A DNA stretch of 64,000 bases from a virus (taxonomy: Duplodnaviria; Caudoviricetes). Below the pieces are notes generated by a model. It had not been told where the DNA came from. It made no database searches and saw nothing but the letters and a program-made list of their open reading frames with translations. Of this stretch, positions 27,528 to 39,700 are shown in pieces (position 1 is the first letter of the stretch; each line of letters begins with the position of its first letter). The translations under genes and the position numbers were made by a program. The stretch is from positions 11,160 through 75,159 of the IMG/VR virus record IMGVR_UViG_3300017700_000537. One strand, written 5' to 3'.

Positions 27528-27844
27528 TGGCGTACAAACTGTTTTTAGACGATACAAGGGAGCCGCCAGACCCATCATGGGAAGTGGTGAGGTCGTTTGG
27601 GGATTTCAAGAAAATAATATCCAGCAACGGGCTCCCATCGCTTGTTTCGTTTGATTACGACCTGACCAATGATTTTAGGGACAAGACGACAAAAACAGGC
27701 TTGGCGTGCGCTACATGGATGAAGGAATACATTGTGTCAAACAATTTTCGATGCCCGGATTTTAGGGTTCATTCCCAAAATACATCCGGGGCCAAGAAGT
27801 TGAGGGATTTTCTGGGCAATTTTATGAACCACTGGAATAGATGA
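27527..27844 (+). CDS. cyclic-phosphate-processing receiver-like domain protein
   Basis: LFLDDTREP, WEVVRSF, VSFDYDL, KTG, VHSQN pattern. Confidence 0.7.
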   Translation: MAYKLFLDDTREPPDPSWEVVRSFGDFKKIISSNGLPSLVSFDYDLTNDFRDKTTKTGLACATWMKEYIVSNNFRCPDFRVHSQNTSGAKKLRDFLGNFMNHWNR

Positions 27845-30800
27845 TAGAACGGAGAACCATAGACGGAGCGATAAACTGCGACGATGCAGCGGAATTTATC
27901 GGCAAGGGCGACTACCTGAATATGCACAACATGCGTGTGACAAGAGATAGTGCTGGCCGTGGCATGGCTGGAAAGCCCGTGGCTGGAACCCAACAGCGCA
28001 GTACGGATGCAGCCACTGGGACAAAACAGACGATAGGCAGTATCACGGACGAAGTAAAAGGCAGAATCTATCGGATAAACTACAACTCTCTCGGCACCCA
28101 TAAAATAATCGCTTGGGATAGAAAGACCAATACCACCTATACTATACTACAAGAATCCAACGTCACAGGCGGGCTCGGCCTGCTTTCTGCATACCAGATT
28201 ACAGGTATTGCGCTGATTGGGGATTACCTATATTTCACTGATAACCAGCGCCAACAGCGTCGCATTGACGTTGAGCGGGGAATCCGCACCAACCACCCAA
28301 CCTACGTCAGCCAAAACGGTGACGTACCAGTACCGTACACATTACCATTGGAGCAGTGGGACATCACGGTAGCCAGAAGGGTGCCAATGTACCCGCCAAA
28401 GGCCAGAAAGCTGATAAGTGCTGACGAATCCGACATCGAGGACCGCCAGACAAACCTCATCCAGTTCAATTCATTCCAATTTGCGTACAGGTATGTCTAT
28501 TCGACCGGAGAATATTCCACGGTCGGGCCGTACTCGCAAGTAGTGCCGCCAAACATAAGCAGGTATCTGTTTGCTTCCGGTTACAATGACGAGAGGGCAT
28601 ACGACACCATCCGAGTGGAACTGGACAAGGATGAACCAATCGACCCAGAAGTAAGGATAGTGGAAATACTCGTTCGCCGTGGGAACACTGGCCCGTGGAA
28701 CATCATAAAGACGTTCGATAGGACAGTGGATTCGGCGCTGTACGTTGACCACAACACCTATGGCAGCGACGCTCTCGGCATCTATTTCTTCAATGAGATT
28801 ACGGGGACAGCTATACCAGACTCCGAGTCATATCTGCCGTACTTTGATGTGCCATTGCTATCCAATGCCCTTGAAATTGCCGACAACCGGCTGTTCCTTG
28901 GCAACAACGAAAAAGGGTATGACTACATCTATAACTCGGACATCGAGCTTGAGCTTATCAACCTTGGGGCAGCAACCCCTGAACTCTGGCGGGTCACTGG
29001 CGCATACTACCTAATAGAGTGGCAGTGTGGCACAGGATTGGCTGAAGTGGTGGTAATGAGGATACGGGATGCCTTCGGGGCATTCGCTGGCTGGTACGAG
29101 ACGCCATATACATCGGCGGACTTCAACTCGAACTCTCTTGACTTGAATCCAGCGGCAGAGGCGTACACCAGGTATCCGATAATGGATTCCGATGAAATTC
29201 CAACAGAGCTAATACAATACCTAAACCCCACCTGTCAGACGTGGACGATAACGCCATACACAGCAGGGCCGGACAACGTGGTGATTGACGAGGACTGGGA
29301 GCACTTTGTTAATGCGGCAAGGGCTTTCAGGGAAGGCTACACCTACAAGGTGCAGACGATATTTTACGACTTTGCCGGACGAAACGCAGGCATGACGCAC
29401 GAGTCTGCCGAGGTAACAATCCCTGGGCCAAAGTACCAGCAGGATTTTTTTACCACAGGAATACGCTGGACGCTGGATTCATCCCCATCGGCAGTGCCGC
29501 TCTGGGCCCACAGCTATGCGATAGCCCGTAGCAGGGTGATAGAGCCATTCTTAGCAGGCTATGCGGATATTGTCCGCTACGGTGACAGACAGGCTGACGG
29601 GAGCTACGACCTGACGGAGACGGTGTATTCATCAGCATGGGAAGTGGTTGGCGTTGATTTTGAGAAAATGATTTCACTAGGGTTCGGCTACACGTTTTCC
29701 GAAGGCGATGTGATGATGCTCATAAATTCAGCGCAGGAGAAGTTCTATTTGGAGGTCGTTGGAACGCAGGGCAACTTCATCCTATTGCAGCCAGAGGACA
29801 TCGGAGATACATCCACTGCCACCTTTTACTTCGAGCTAAAGACTCCTACACAGGATAATGGAAAGACATATTGGGAAATTGGAAGGAACTACAAGATAAA
29901 CGACCCCGGAGAGCCAACAAGAACATTTTCGGTATTGACGGATGTCATCTACGGCGATACGTACTTCGGGAAAAGGCTGGTGTTCAATACGAACCAACCG
30001 GTTCAGTGCATGAACCCGAACAACAAGGTGTGGACAGAGTGGCCACAAGACACTGGCCGGCCATCGATGTTGTTATTTTCGAAAGAAAAGAGATTTGAAA
30101 CGGAAGTAGCGTGGTCATCCACCTACTTCCCCGGAACAGAAACCAACCAGCTAAACCAGTTCGTCTCCGGCGACATCAGGACATTGGATTCTGGCCTTGG
30201 CCAGATACAGATTCTGAAGCTCACATCCCGGACGCAGGATTATGGAACGGTGATGCTGGCAGTTGGTCAGACAGAGGTGGCGAGCATGTACCTTGGAAGG
30301 ACGGAGTTCTACAACGCAGCCGAAACACCTTCACTCATCAATACAGTGGATGTCATCGGCACCATCAACATCCTACGGGGAGGGTTCGGTACGCTGAACC
30401 CAGAATCCTTCGTGGAGAACGATGGAGATGCCTATTGGTTCTCGGCCATCAAGTCAGCGTTCACAAGATACTCAAAAGCAGGCGTGGAGCCTGTAAGTGA
30501 CAGGAAGTTCTCATCCTTCGCAGCTTGGCTCGGCAATGCAATCATGCTGGCAGCGAGTGATGTTCCGGGGATTTCTCCGATCAAGATACCAGCAGGATAC
30601 GATGAATTCAACAAGGAAGCAGTCTGGTCAATCCCACCAATCGGGACATGGCCGATAAGCTACCCAGTGCTGGATGTGGAAGAATCAGTCACGGCCACGG
30701 AATCAAGTCCGGTTGGGTCGGTGACAGCGGCATTGGTGGCTGGAAGCATTTACCGGTTCATGTTCACGGCCCCTGGTCCTACGCAGATTCAGGTGACTTG

Positions 30801-31512
30801 TGACGACCTTTTCCACGGCCCAAAGACATTTATTTCGGTCGGTACATTGGTATCGTTCGTCTTTGTGGCGGCAAGCACCGGCAACTACACGTTCAATGTG
30901 GTCACAGTGCCAACGCTGTCAACGGTAGTGCATACGTTCACCATCACAAAGCTCAGGATTAACCCCTACACGACCATCAATCTTTTCCCGAAAACAGTCG
31001 TGTTCTCCGAAGAAAAAGGACGGTTTTCTTGGTTTATGAACGCCGTACCTGAATGGTGGGGCAGGGCCGGGGACAAACTTTTCTGTATGAAGCTGGGCAA
31101 CCTTTTTTCATTGGATTCCGTGTCCACGAACAATTTCTTCGGCGTGCGGTTCCCTAGCTGGGCAGCGATGGCATTCAATCAAGCGCCGAGCGAAGTCAAG
31201 AGGCTGCAAGGTACTTCAATGGAGACCACTGGCGCTCCGGCATACGCCCATTTCCGTACAGAGGACGATTTTGTGCAGTCATCAGACCTTGTGGCGGCGG
31301 ACTTTCGGAAGCAGGAGGGTATCTGGTCGGCAAGTGCCTACCGTGACCGTCTTTCCCCTAACACCTCCGGCACGGTTGTTGACAAACTGCTGAAAGGGGA
31401 CGAGATGCGGGGACGCAGTTTCAAGGTCTTGTATGAATGGTCAAGTTTGACTACCTTTGTTGCAAAGATTTTGAATATCATCTACCGGAGTTCAACCGGT
31501 AACAAAACGTAA
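27841..31512 (+). CDS. tail stabilisation/nozzle protein (P22 gp10-like)
   Basis: 1223 aa, beta-rich; N-terminal GAINCDDA...DYLNMHNMR motif; precedes the ejection proteins. Confidence 0.7.
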   Translation: MIERRTIDGAINCDDAAEFIGKGDYLNMHNMRVTRDSAGRGMAGKPVAGTQQRSTDAATGTKQTIGSITDEVKGRIYRINYNSLGTHKIIAWDRKTNTTYTILQESNVTGGLGLLSAYQITGIALIGDYLYFTDNQRQQRRIDVERGIRTNHPTYVSQNGDVPVPYTLPLEQWDITVARRVPMYPPKARKLISADESDIEDRQTNLIQFNSFQFAYRYVYSTGEYSTVGPYSQVVPPNISRYLFASGYNDERAYDTIRVELDKDEPIDPEVRIVEILVRRGNTGPWNIIKTFDRTVDSALYVDHNTYGSDALGIYFFNEITGTAIPDSESYLPYFDVPLLSNALEIADNRLFLGNNEKGYDYIYNSDIELELINLGAATPELWRVTGAYYLIEWQCGTGLAEVVVMRIRDAFGAFAGWYETPYTSADFNSNSLDLNPAAEAYTRYPIMDSDEIPTELIQYLNPTCQTWTITPYTAGPDNVVIDEDWEHFVNAARAFREGYTYKVQTIFYDFAGRNAGMTHESAEVTIPGPKYQQDFFTTGIRWTLDSSPSAVPLWAHSYAIARSRVIEPFLAGYADIVRYGDRQADGSYDLTETVYSSAWEVVGVDFEKMISLGFGYTFSEGDVMMLINSAQEKFYLEVVGTQGNFILLQPEDIGDTSTATFYFELKTPTQDNGKTYWEIGRNYKINDPGEPTRTFSVLTDVIYGDTYFGKRLVFNTNQPVQCMNPNNKVWTEWPQDTGRPSMLLFSKEKRFETEVAWSSTYFPGTETNQLNQFVSGDIRTLDSGLGQIQILKLTSRTQDYGTVMLAVGQTEVASMYLGRTEFYNAAETPSLINTVDVIGTINILRGGFGTLNPESFVENDGDAYWFSAIKSAFTRYSKAGVEPVSDRKFSSFAAWLGNAIMLAASDVPGISPIKIPAGYDEFNKEAVWSIPPIGTWPISYPVLDVEESVTATESSPVGSVTAALVAGSIYRFMFTAPGPTQIQVTCDDLFHGPKTFISVGTLVSFVFVAASTGNYTFNVVTVPTLSTVVHTFTITKLRINPYTTINLFPKTVVFSEEKGRFSWFMNAVPEWWGRAGDKLFCMKLGNLFSLDSVSTNNFFGVRFPSWAAMAFNQAPSEVKRLQGTSMETTGAPAYAHFRTEDDFVQSSDLVAADFRKQEGIWSASAYRDRLSPNTSGTVVDKLLKGDEMRGRSFKVLYEWSSLTTFVAKILNIIYRSSTGNKT

Positions 31513-31517
31513 CCAAT

Positions 31518-32195
31518 ATGTTACCACTCGCAGCGATGGCAATTCCAGGAGTAATTCAAGGCGCATTGGGCCTTGGCCAGCTCATCGGAGGCATGGGAAT
31601 GAAACCCAAGCGCCCCGAATATGAAATACCAGAGGCTCAACAAGAAGCTATGGCCGCCGCCCGGATGCAGCAGAATGCCCGTATGCCTGGCATCAACTAC
31701 GCCAATGCCAGGGTTGACCAGAATGCGGCCAACTCACAATACCGTTTACAGAAAGGAGCAACGAACAGCTCGCAGCTTCTCTCTGGCTTGGCAGGCATCC
31801 AGATGAACAGCAACATCGCCGCCCGTGGCCTTATGGGAGCCGAAGCTGGCGACCAGATGCGCAGGGACGATATTTTCCGCCGCTCATTGGGCGTGATGGC
31901 TGGGTATCAGGACAAGAAATGGGAGCTGAACAAGATGCAGCCATACCAAGATGCAGCCCGGACAAAGGCAGCCCTGATTCAGGGTGGCCTCACAAACCTT
32001 GCTGGCGGGGTGAACCAATCATTGTCTGGCATCATGGCTGGACAGATGATGCAGGGTCCACAAGCTGGAGCGCCTATGGCTCCTGCGGCAAAAACAACCC
32101 CACAGGTCCCGATGTGGATGCGAATCCTGCAAATGGGGCAGTATCCCGGAATGCAACCGGAAGGCTATGGCTACGATAAAAGCATGATAGGATAA
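31518..32195 (+). CDS. ejection/internal virion protein 1
   Basis: Gly/Ala/Gln/Met-rich with hydrophobic N-terminal helix, typical of small pilot proteins. Confidence 0.65.
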   Translation: MLPLAAMAIPGVIQGALGLGQLIGGMGMKPKRPEYEIPEAQQEAMAAARMQQNARMPGINYANARVDQNAANSQYRLQKGATNSSQLLSGLAGIQMNSNIAARGLMGAEAGDQMRRDDIFRRSLGVMAGYQDKKWELNKMQPYQDAARTKAALIQGGLTNLAGGVNQSLSGIMAGQMMQGPQAGAPMAPAAKTTPQVPMWMRILQMGQYPGMQPEGYGYDKSMIG

Positions 32196-33709
32196 TGACA
32201 GCAGACGCCAAAGGCATATACAATTCCCCATCCGAAAAAGGCTGGGCGACCATCCTTCCGAGCGGTCCAAACTTCATGGGCCTTGCCATGCAGCAGGAGC
32301 AGATGAAGGCCCGTAGGGAGCAGCTTGCACTTGCCGCCCAACAGAAGGCCGATGCCGAACGGGAGAAACAGGTGGCGAAGATTGTCGGAGACCTCGGCAA
32401 GCCAGTTCCAACAGCCTTCCCATATCAGGAAGCTGTCACCGAAAAAAAGACCAAACTATTGGAAGAAGTGCAGAAGATGTACTTCGACAACGCCGATGCC
32501 TCTGAAATCCGTTTCAAAGCCGCTGCTGGCGTTCAAGAGTTGATGGCCTATGCCAATTCCGGCAAACAGGTGTATGAAGGGATTCTGTCGCAGACCAAGC
32601 AGCTTGACCAAAAGAAATACCGAATAGAAGAAATCAACCGTGGGCTCGCCGATAAAATCATCGGCACCGACGGCAAGCCTCTTGACCCAAGCAAGGTTGA
32701 CCCCAGAGACCTTTCAGCCACCGATTTGGTGTATGAATCCGATACCCCCTGGAAGTATCTCAACGAACCAGTGGTGGTGAAGGATTTTTTGAAGAACGAT
32801 GCCTTCAAACAGGTTGCTATGGAGGTGCAGAGAAACCTGGATTCTGGCAAATTAGGCAGGTTCACTAGGGTAGATTCTGGCACTACAATATCCAAGGCGG
32901 CAGGGAAGATTTACCACATCGACCCTGTTTCCGGCAAGATAACAATCAACGACCCAGATACGCTGATAGAGAATGGGGCCTTCCAATTGATGCTTGCCGA
33001 CCGGGACATGGCGGCAGTGGTCGAGGGCCACGTAGCGGAACTCACCGCTGACCGCTCCACTCCATTAAACGAGGAGGCCAAAGATTTGCTCAGGGCGAGC
33101 GTATTGCGGGATTTGTTGGTCAACAACACGCCTGGGCCACAGACCGTGGAACGGGTGAACTCTCGGTACATGCCGACCTACGCAAGCTCTGGTGGCGGAA
33201 TATCTATGGGCCGTCAAGCAATAGCCGAGTATGTCGCTGGCACCGATGAGTGGGTCGCTGATGCCACAAGCGGGGATATAAACAAAGTCAAGGAAGCATT
33301 TTTATTTGCCTCCAAGGCGAGAGGCATCGGGGAGAAATCCACAAGCGTCCTGTCGGAACTTGTCGGGGTTGACCCAGAGCTTGATTTCAGTGGTGTGAGC
33401 ACACAGCCGCCAGCCGATAAAAGGAAGATAGTTCCGTTCAGCAAAATGGACCCCACAAAGCCTTGGCCAGCCATGGAGGCCGACAATACGAGCGACATAA
33501 TCTGGGTGTCTTTTACAGATGGCGAAGAAACTACATGGGCTCCGGTTGACAGGGCCAAGCTCGACACCGAACTATCAAGGGGTGCGCTGTACGACGTACA
33601 GGACATGCTGAAGTATGGCTATAAGCAAAAAGGAGGCGGCAGAGGTGCAGCTATGCAGGCACCGTCCGCTTCCCCAACAGCTAAGGGATTCTCAATCAAG
33701 AAAAAATAA
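32195..33709 (+). CDS. ejection/internal virion protein 2
   Basis: 504-aa helical protein between the pilot protein and the giant cargo gene. Confidence 0.55.
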   Translation: MTADAKGIYNSPSEKGWATILPSGPNFMGLAMQQEQMKARREQLALAAQQKADAEREKQVAKIVGDLGKPVPTAFPYQEAVTEKKTKLLEEVQKMYFDNADASEIRFKAAAGVQELMAYANSGKQVYEGILSQTKQLDQKKYRIEEINRGLADKIIGTDGKPLDPSKVDPRDLSATDLVYESDTPWKYLNEPVVVKDFLKNDAFKQVAMEVQRNLDSGKLGRFTRVDSGTTISKAAGKIYHIDPVSGKITINDPDTLIENGAFQLMLADRDMAAVVEGHVAELTADRSTPLNEEAKDLLRASVLRDLLVNNTPGPQTVERVNSRYMPTYASSGGGISMGRQAIAEYVAGTDEWVADATSGDINKVKEAFLFASKARGIGEKSTSVLSELVGVDPELDFSGVSTQPPADKRKIVPFSKMDPTKPWPAMEADNTSDIIWVSFTDGEETTWAPVDRAKLDTELSRGALYDVQDMLKYGYKQKGGGRGAAMQAPSASPTAKGFSIKKK

Positions 33710-36700
33710 TGGACGAACAGAAAGTACAGGAACTCTGGGAAGCCTTCCGTGAAGGGAATGACCTTGGCACACTTGGCGAGTTCAAGTCGTGGATTGGCGA
33801 CCCCAACAACAGGGCCGAATTCCATAAGGCATTTCGGGATGGCAATGACCTGGGCACCATCCAGGAGTTTGACGCCTATCTCGGCGTAAAAAAAAAGCCT
33901 TCTTCAAAAGGTTCTGCATTCAATTGGTCAACTGGCGAAATCGACTCCAAAAAACTTTCTTCTACCCAACCTGCTGCCCCCACTGCGGGGAGAAAATCTG
34001 ATATAGTAACCAAGGATGGCGTTGAAATGAATTGGGGCACCGGCGAGGTGACTCCCAAATCTGCATTTGCAAAGAACGCAGATTCCATTTATCAACTTAC
34101 CGTTACCAATCAAGCCAATCAGCCATTTCAGGAAGAAACACAGCCAATAGATTCTGATGTCACTGACGTAACTATGGCGCAGGCCGGGATGCTTGGCGTG
34201 GAAGCCATGAACAGGGGTGTAATCGAGCAAGGGATAGCTGGTGGCCTCAAAGGTGCTGGCGAATTGATGTTGAAGGGCGTCAAGGTGTTTGATGAATCTG
34301 CAAAGCCGGAAGACATATACTTGTGGAAGCTCGGCAATGGGATAGAGAAAATGTTTGAAAAAGGAGGTATTGCAGAGTACACTTCGTCGCCCGAACTGCT
34401 AAATTCTACCGAGGGAGAAATAATCTCCGGCCTTGGGCAAGCAGTTGCCGGCATCCTCACCGGCGGAACAAGCAAGGCTGCCTCGGCGATGTCAGCCATT
34501 CCGAAATCCAAGGCCATGCTTGAGATGATGGGCAGGGGCCTGTTTTCAAGGGCATCAATGATGGCGACAATGAACATCGTCGGTGAGGGTTCCGAAAGAT
34601 TACGTGAGGAGAAATCCATGGTTGACCAGCTTCCGAGGGATGGCTATGTAAAACTTGGCATAGAGGCTGGGCTGGACGAGAAAGAGGTGGGGGCCAAGTA
34701 TGACAGGTTGAAATCTTCTAACGTGGATGACCTTATCTCTGAAATGTTGCCCACTTGGTTTATGGAGGGTAGCACAGAGGGCTTGATGGTCGGCGAATGG
34801 TTCAAGCGTTTCAACAAGGCCACTGATGGGTCGTTTGGCAAAGTGTTCATGGAGAAGGCCAAGGATGTCACCATTGGTACATTCGAGGGGGCTACGCAAG
34901 AAGCGTTACAACAATGGATGGAGAACGCCACGGCAAAAGAAGTCTATGACTACACACTGAAAACTACGGAAGGATTGGAGAAGTCGGCTGAAGTAGGCGG
35001 CGCTGTACAATTCATACTGGAAACGATGTCAGCCGCCCTTGGAGTAAAAAACCGTGGGACTACTGGCGAGGATAGCGATTTTATCAAAAAAGCGCAGGAA
35101 GAGATAGAAAGTAAGAAAGAGGTGCTTGCCAAAAACCTCGACAACGCCTTGGTTGAAAAAGTGGACATCAAGGATGTAAAGGCTGAACTGGACACTAAGG
35201 TGCAAGCTGGCGAAATTACACAAGAGCAGGCCGATGAACAGCTCAAAGAAATCGAGGTCAAGAAACTGGCCATCGAAAAAATCCCGGAAGACCTCAAGAT
35301 GAACCCTGACGTGGTGGATGCTACTACCGAAAAGACGAAAGTTGACAGCGAAACAGATGCGCTAAAGGAGTCCATCAAGGAAAAAGACCCAGCGTTCACA
35401 GCAAAAGAACAGGCGCAAATAAAAGAAAACGAACTGAAGTCTGCGGAGCTTTCCGTAAAGACCAGCGAGGCTGCCAATCTTCCGCCAGACCCGAAGGCCG
35501 TTAAGCTGATAGAGGCGAGCAAAGAAGAAACAGGAGAACCCGCAAAAACTACTGCTAAAGAGGATGTTAGCAGTGCCGAGCCGAAAGTTTCGACCCCTAC
35601 GGCCACCCCACTAAAGGAGCCGCAGGTTCAAGAGGAAAAACCACCTACTCCGGCCCAGGCAAAAAAACTGGCAGAAGAAAAGATTGACGAGTTCGCCGTA
35701 CAGCCAGAAGCCGACCTGTCCAACATGCCGGACGAGGATGTGACGAGAAAGATATTGGCAGATGGTAACACTGCACAAGTCGGCCAAGCATGGGCGGCGG
35801 AACCAGATGTTGTTCAGGGCGAGATATTCACTAAGGAATCAGCCATCGAGGATGCAGTGACGAACAGCACTTTTGATGTAATGGCCTTGGAAGGAATCCC
35901 TGACTTGTCCAGCAAGTATCTACCGAAAGGCGATGCAGGGCCAAATGTGTACAACTTACAAGAACTCGCAGAAGAGCTTTCTGACCAGACTGGCATGAAC
36001 ATCACGGAAGCGGACATTGCAGACTACATCAGCTCCAACCCAGAAAAAAAGAAACCAAAGAAGATTTCGGCCAATCCAAATAAAAGACTACTTGCTCAGA
36101 GGTTCAAGGAGCTTGCTGGCATTGCGCCAAACAAAGAGTATATCGACAAGCTATCGGAGCGCAGTTCGTTCCTAAAAGAGAAGCAGGCCGTGGAGCAGGA
36201 GTTCCCGGAAGCAGCTGTGGTGAAGCCGGTACAGCCCGCCAGCGACAGGATGAAGAAATCCTTGATGAACAGGGTGGCGGAAGACCCACTCGTGCCGCTT
36301 GAAGTCAGGGAATTGGCCAAGGCTGGGAAATTGGACTATGATTCGCTGAAGGATGAGCATGTAAACGCTGTTGCTGATTTTGAGATAGCCGAGAACATGA
36401 AATCACTTGATGCCAAGGATGGGCTTGACGCCTCTGTAAAAACAGCGAAGGACTTGCTGAAAGAGGCAGTGGACACGGACGATACGAATACTCGTGAAAC
36501 GAACGGCGCTATCGCTACAACTATCCTGCTAAAAACCGCCTACCATTACGCCGAACAGGGCATGATGGCTGAGGCATTGTCCGTTTACGACTTCTTGGAT
36601 TCATATAGTAGGGGTGCGGGCCGCCAGATAAGCTCGTTGCGGGGCAGTGCAAGCCCAGAAGGCATAGCTGGGTCCACAGCGGTGAAAGTATTTGAATCAC

Positions 36701-39700
36701 AGGTTAGGGAGCTTTCCAAGAAAGGGAAGAACGCCACCTTGGAGCAGATGCTGAGGGGATTGAAGGATGAGATTGAGAAAGCGAGGAGCAAGACCAATCT
36801 ACAAGAAGCCAAGGTAGCTGTGGCCAAATCCATGAAAGTGAAGGATGTGGCCAATAAAAAAGTGGAAGCTGCCAAGAAAGGGGTTGACGAAGCAAGGGCG
36901 AAGCTCGCCAGGGCTGTACAGGGGCAATTGAGCGCAGGTATAAACCCAGAGGTGCTGATAGCCCTCAAGGACTTGTTCGTGGCGTACAAGAACCTGTTTG
37001 GTGCCAACATGAGCCTTATCAAGGCTGCGTACATGCAATCGGCCAGCGACATGGGGTTGGATGCCGACGAGGCGTGGAATGCTGTTTCGGATGAAGCTGC
37101 TGCTGTAACGGAAGAGGAGCTACAAATCCCGGCAGACATCCCGATGGGTACGGCGCAGCCGCTTATTCAAGGCCAATCAGAAATCGACAAGATAGTTGAC
37201 GAGCATTACAAAAAGAACGATGGCATGTCGCTTTGGGCCAAGCTGAAAGAAGCTGGAATGAGCGAGAAGGATGCCAGGGCTTACGAGAACAAACTTGCCA
37301 GCGAACTTGAGAAGCGTGAAAAAGCGGCAATACTGCGGGCAATAAACAACTTCAAGAAGCAGATTCAGGAAGAGGAAATCGAGGGCATCATGGTCCACGA
37401 AAAGAAGTGGAACGGGTCGGTGGATAAGCTGGCCAATGCCGCATACCACGGACTGCTGAATGACCAGAACCTTGCGGCTGCCGTATCCGGCTACTTCGGA
37501 TACCAGTCATTGTCAGCGCAGGACGTGAAGGACATCAAGGATATTTCGTCCAAGATGATAAATGGACTGCAGTCGAATGCCGTGGTGAATACTGCAGGTC
37601 AAACGATAGGATACCAACCAATTGGCCAGCCAGCTCCTGCAGGAACAACGCTGCAGTTAGTGGACCAGAAAAGCCCAGAGCTGATGGCCCGTGCGCAGAA
37701 AGAAATGAAGAACAAGCTGCTGGAACTTGAAAAGCGTAATGTGGGCATCATGCCGATACTTGCCGACGAGCTGAATACGGCGATGCACATGGGAGCGCTT
37801 GCCAATACTGGTACTTGGCTCAATATCATCGTTGGAACAATCTCAAAATTAGCACCCGACCTAATCTCGATAGCTGCATCCAACCCTGTGGCAGCCGTCA
37901 GGGCCATGCAGAAGATAAGCGAATCCAAGGCCAACAACTGGAAGATGGGGTTCGGCGTGTTCAGGTCGGCGTTCAAGGACAACTTCAGCCATTTAGACAA
38001 CCCGAAGATACAATTGGATGGCCAGTACGTCACTGCCGCTTCATTGGTGGAAGTGGCTATGGTTCGTGGCATAGCCAAGTATTCCAAGATGTACGCCGAC
38101 GCCACGGGCATTGACAAGGCAAAATCATTCGGTAAACTGGTTGGCGCCATACTCTCGCAGGCATACAGGATAGCGATAGCACCAAAGGCCATCGACGCCC
38201 AGTTCACGCACCCGGTCACAGAGTTTGTACGGTTCATCGAGGCTTGGAACAAACTTGAGCAAGGCGTAAAGTTCAGTGAGCTTGTCACACCAGACTTTGC
38301 AAACAGGGTGGCAGAATACGGGATGTTCACCAAGAACGCATGGGACACCGCCAAGTCGCAGGCAAGCGCTGAGGTGGCTGGGATGAAGATGAATGGACAG
38401 GAAGTTCCGCTTGGCTTTGAGGACAGGCGGGCGAAGGAAATCATACAACAGCAGGTGCGTCGGAGTGAGATAGAGTCAGCGCAACTGTTTATGGACCAAG
38501 CATCGCTCAGGGGTGAGATGTCTGGCTTCCTTGGCGTGGCGTTCGATAAGTGGCAGAACAGTGGGCAAAAAGAAACCAAGGCAGCGCCTATCCTCCAATT
38601 GAGCAGAACTATTCTACGTGCAGCTCTTACGATGTTCATGCGGGTGGCGATACACGGTACGAACGTGGTGCAAAAAACAGTTCCACTGCTTGGGCCAACC
38701 ATGAACGCAGCGGCTCACATCGCAGTAAACAGGTCATTGGCCGGTGCGATGTCCAGCAAGTATGTTGGCGAGAAGGTGATGGAACAATATCCCGCCGATA
38801 GGCAGATTGGCAATGGCTACGTGAAGAAGTCAAAAACAGAGATGGCCAAGGACATGGGCGCTCAAGTAATGGCCACAACACTGTTCGCGGGGCTTTTCAT
38901 GGCCATGTTCGATAGGGACGATGAAGACAATCTCGTTCTTGACCCTGATCGCTGGATAGATATTTCTGCATCATTGGATAACGACCCGTTCACCAGCGAA
39001 GTGGGTGGAATGACAAGATATTCTGTCAGGTTCAAGCAGTCGGATGGTACTTGGGGCAAGCCCAAGAAGTTCTCGCTGTGGTTGCCGTTTTTAGCACCGC
39101 TGTCTATACTTGGGGGAGTGAGGGACGACATCATCTTCCGGGAGCAGGATTTTAGGAACAAGTCTATTTGGGCAAGGGGCGGGGCTGGCATTCAGGACAT
39201 CATAGGTGTGTTCAGCGAGGTCTCATTCAACAGCCTTGCGCAGACATGGGATAGATACCAGAAGGCCGGTGCAGCCGCTGCAAAGAGCGATACGCCTATG
39301 CCTTGGGTGGATGTCACCTTTCAGACAGCCCTGCGGCCCGCAAAAGCGGTCATGCCGGGGGTTTACCGGGATTTGTTGGTGAACGAGCTGGGTGTGATGC
39401 TGGACAAGCCTGCCACCAAGCCCGACAAATGGTACGAAAGGATAGCCAAGGACATCCCCTGGATAGACTACTATGTCAAGGGCGACAGGTATGATGAATA
39501 TGGGAACATCATTTATAGGGATTCAAGGACCGGAAAAATAGTTGAGCGTATCTCTATGGGATACCTTGATTTCGTGATGAAAAACGAGGAAACGAGAGAG
39601 AGGCCGGAGTGGATATTGTCATCTAAATTTGACGGGTTACTAACCCCTGGGCAGTTTTTCTCGGCAAAATCGTTGATTTCCAAGAAGGATTCCGACTGGG

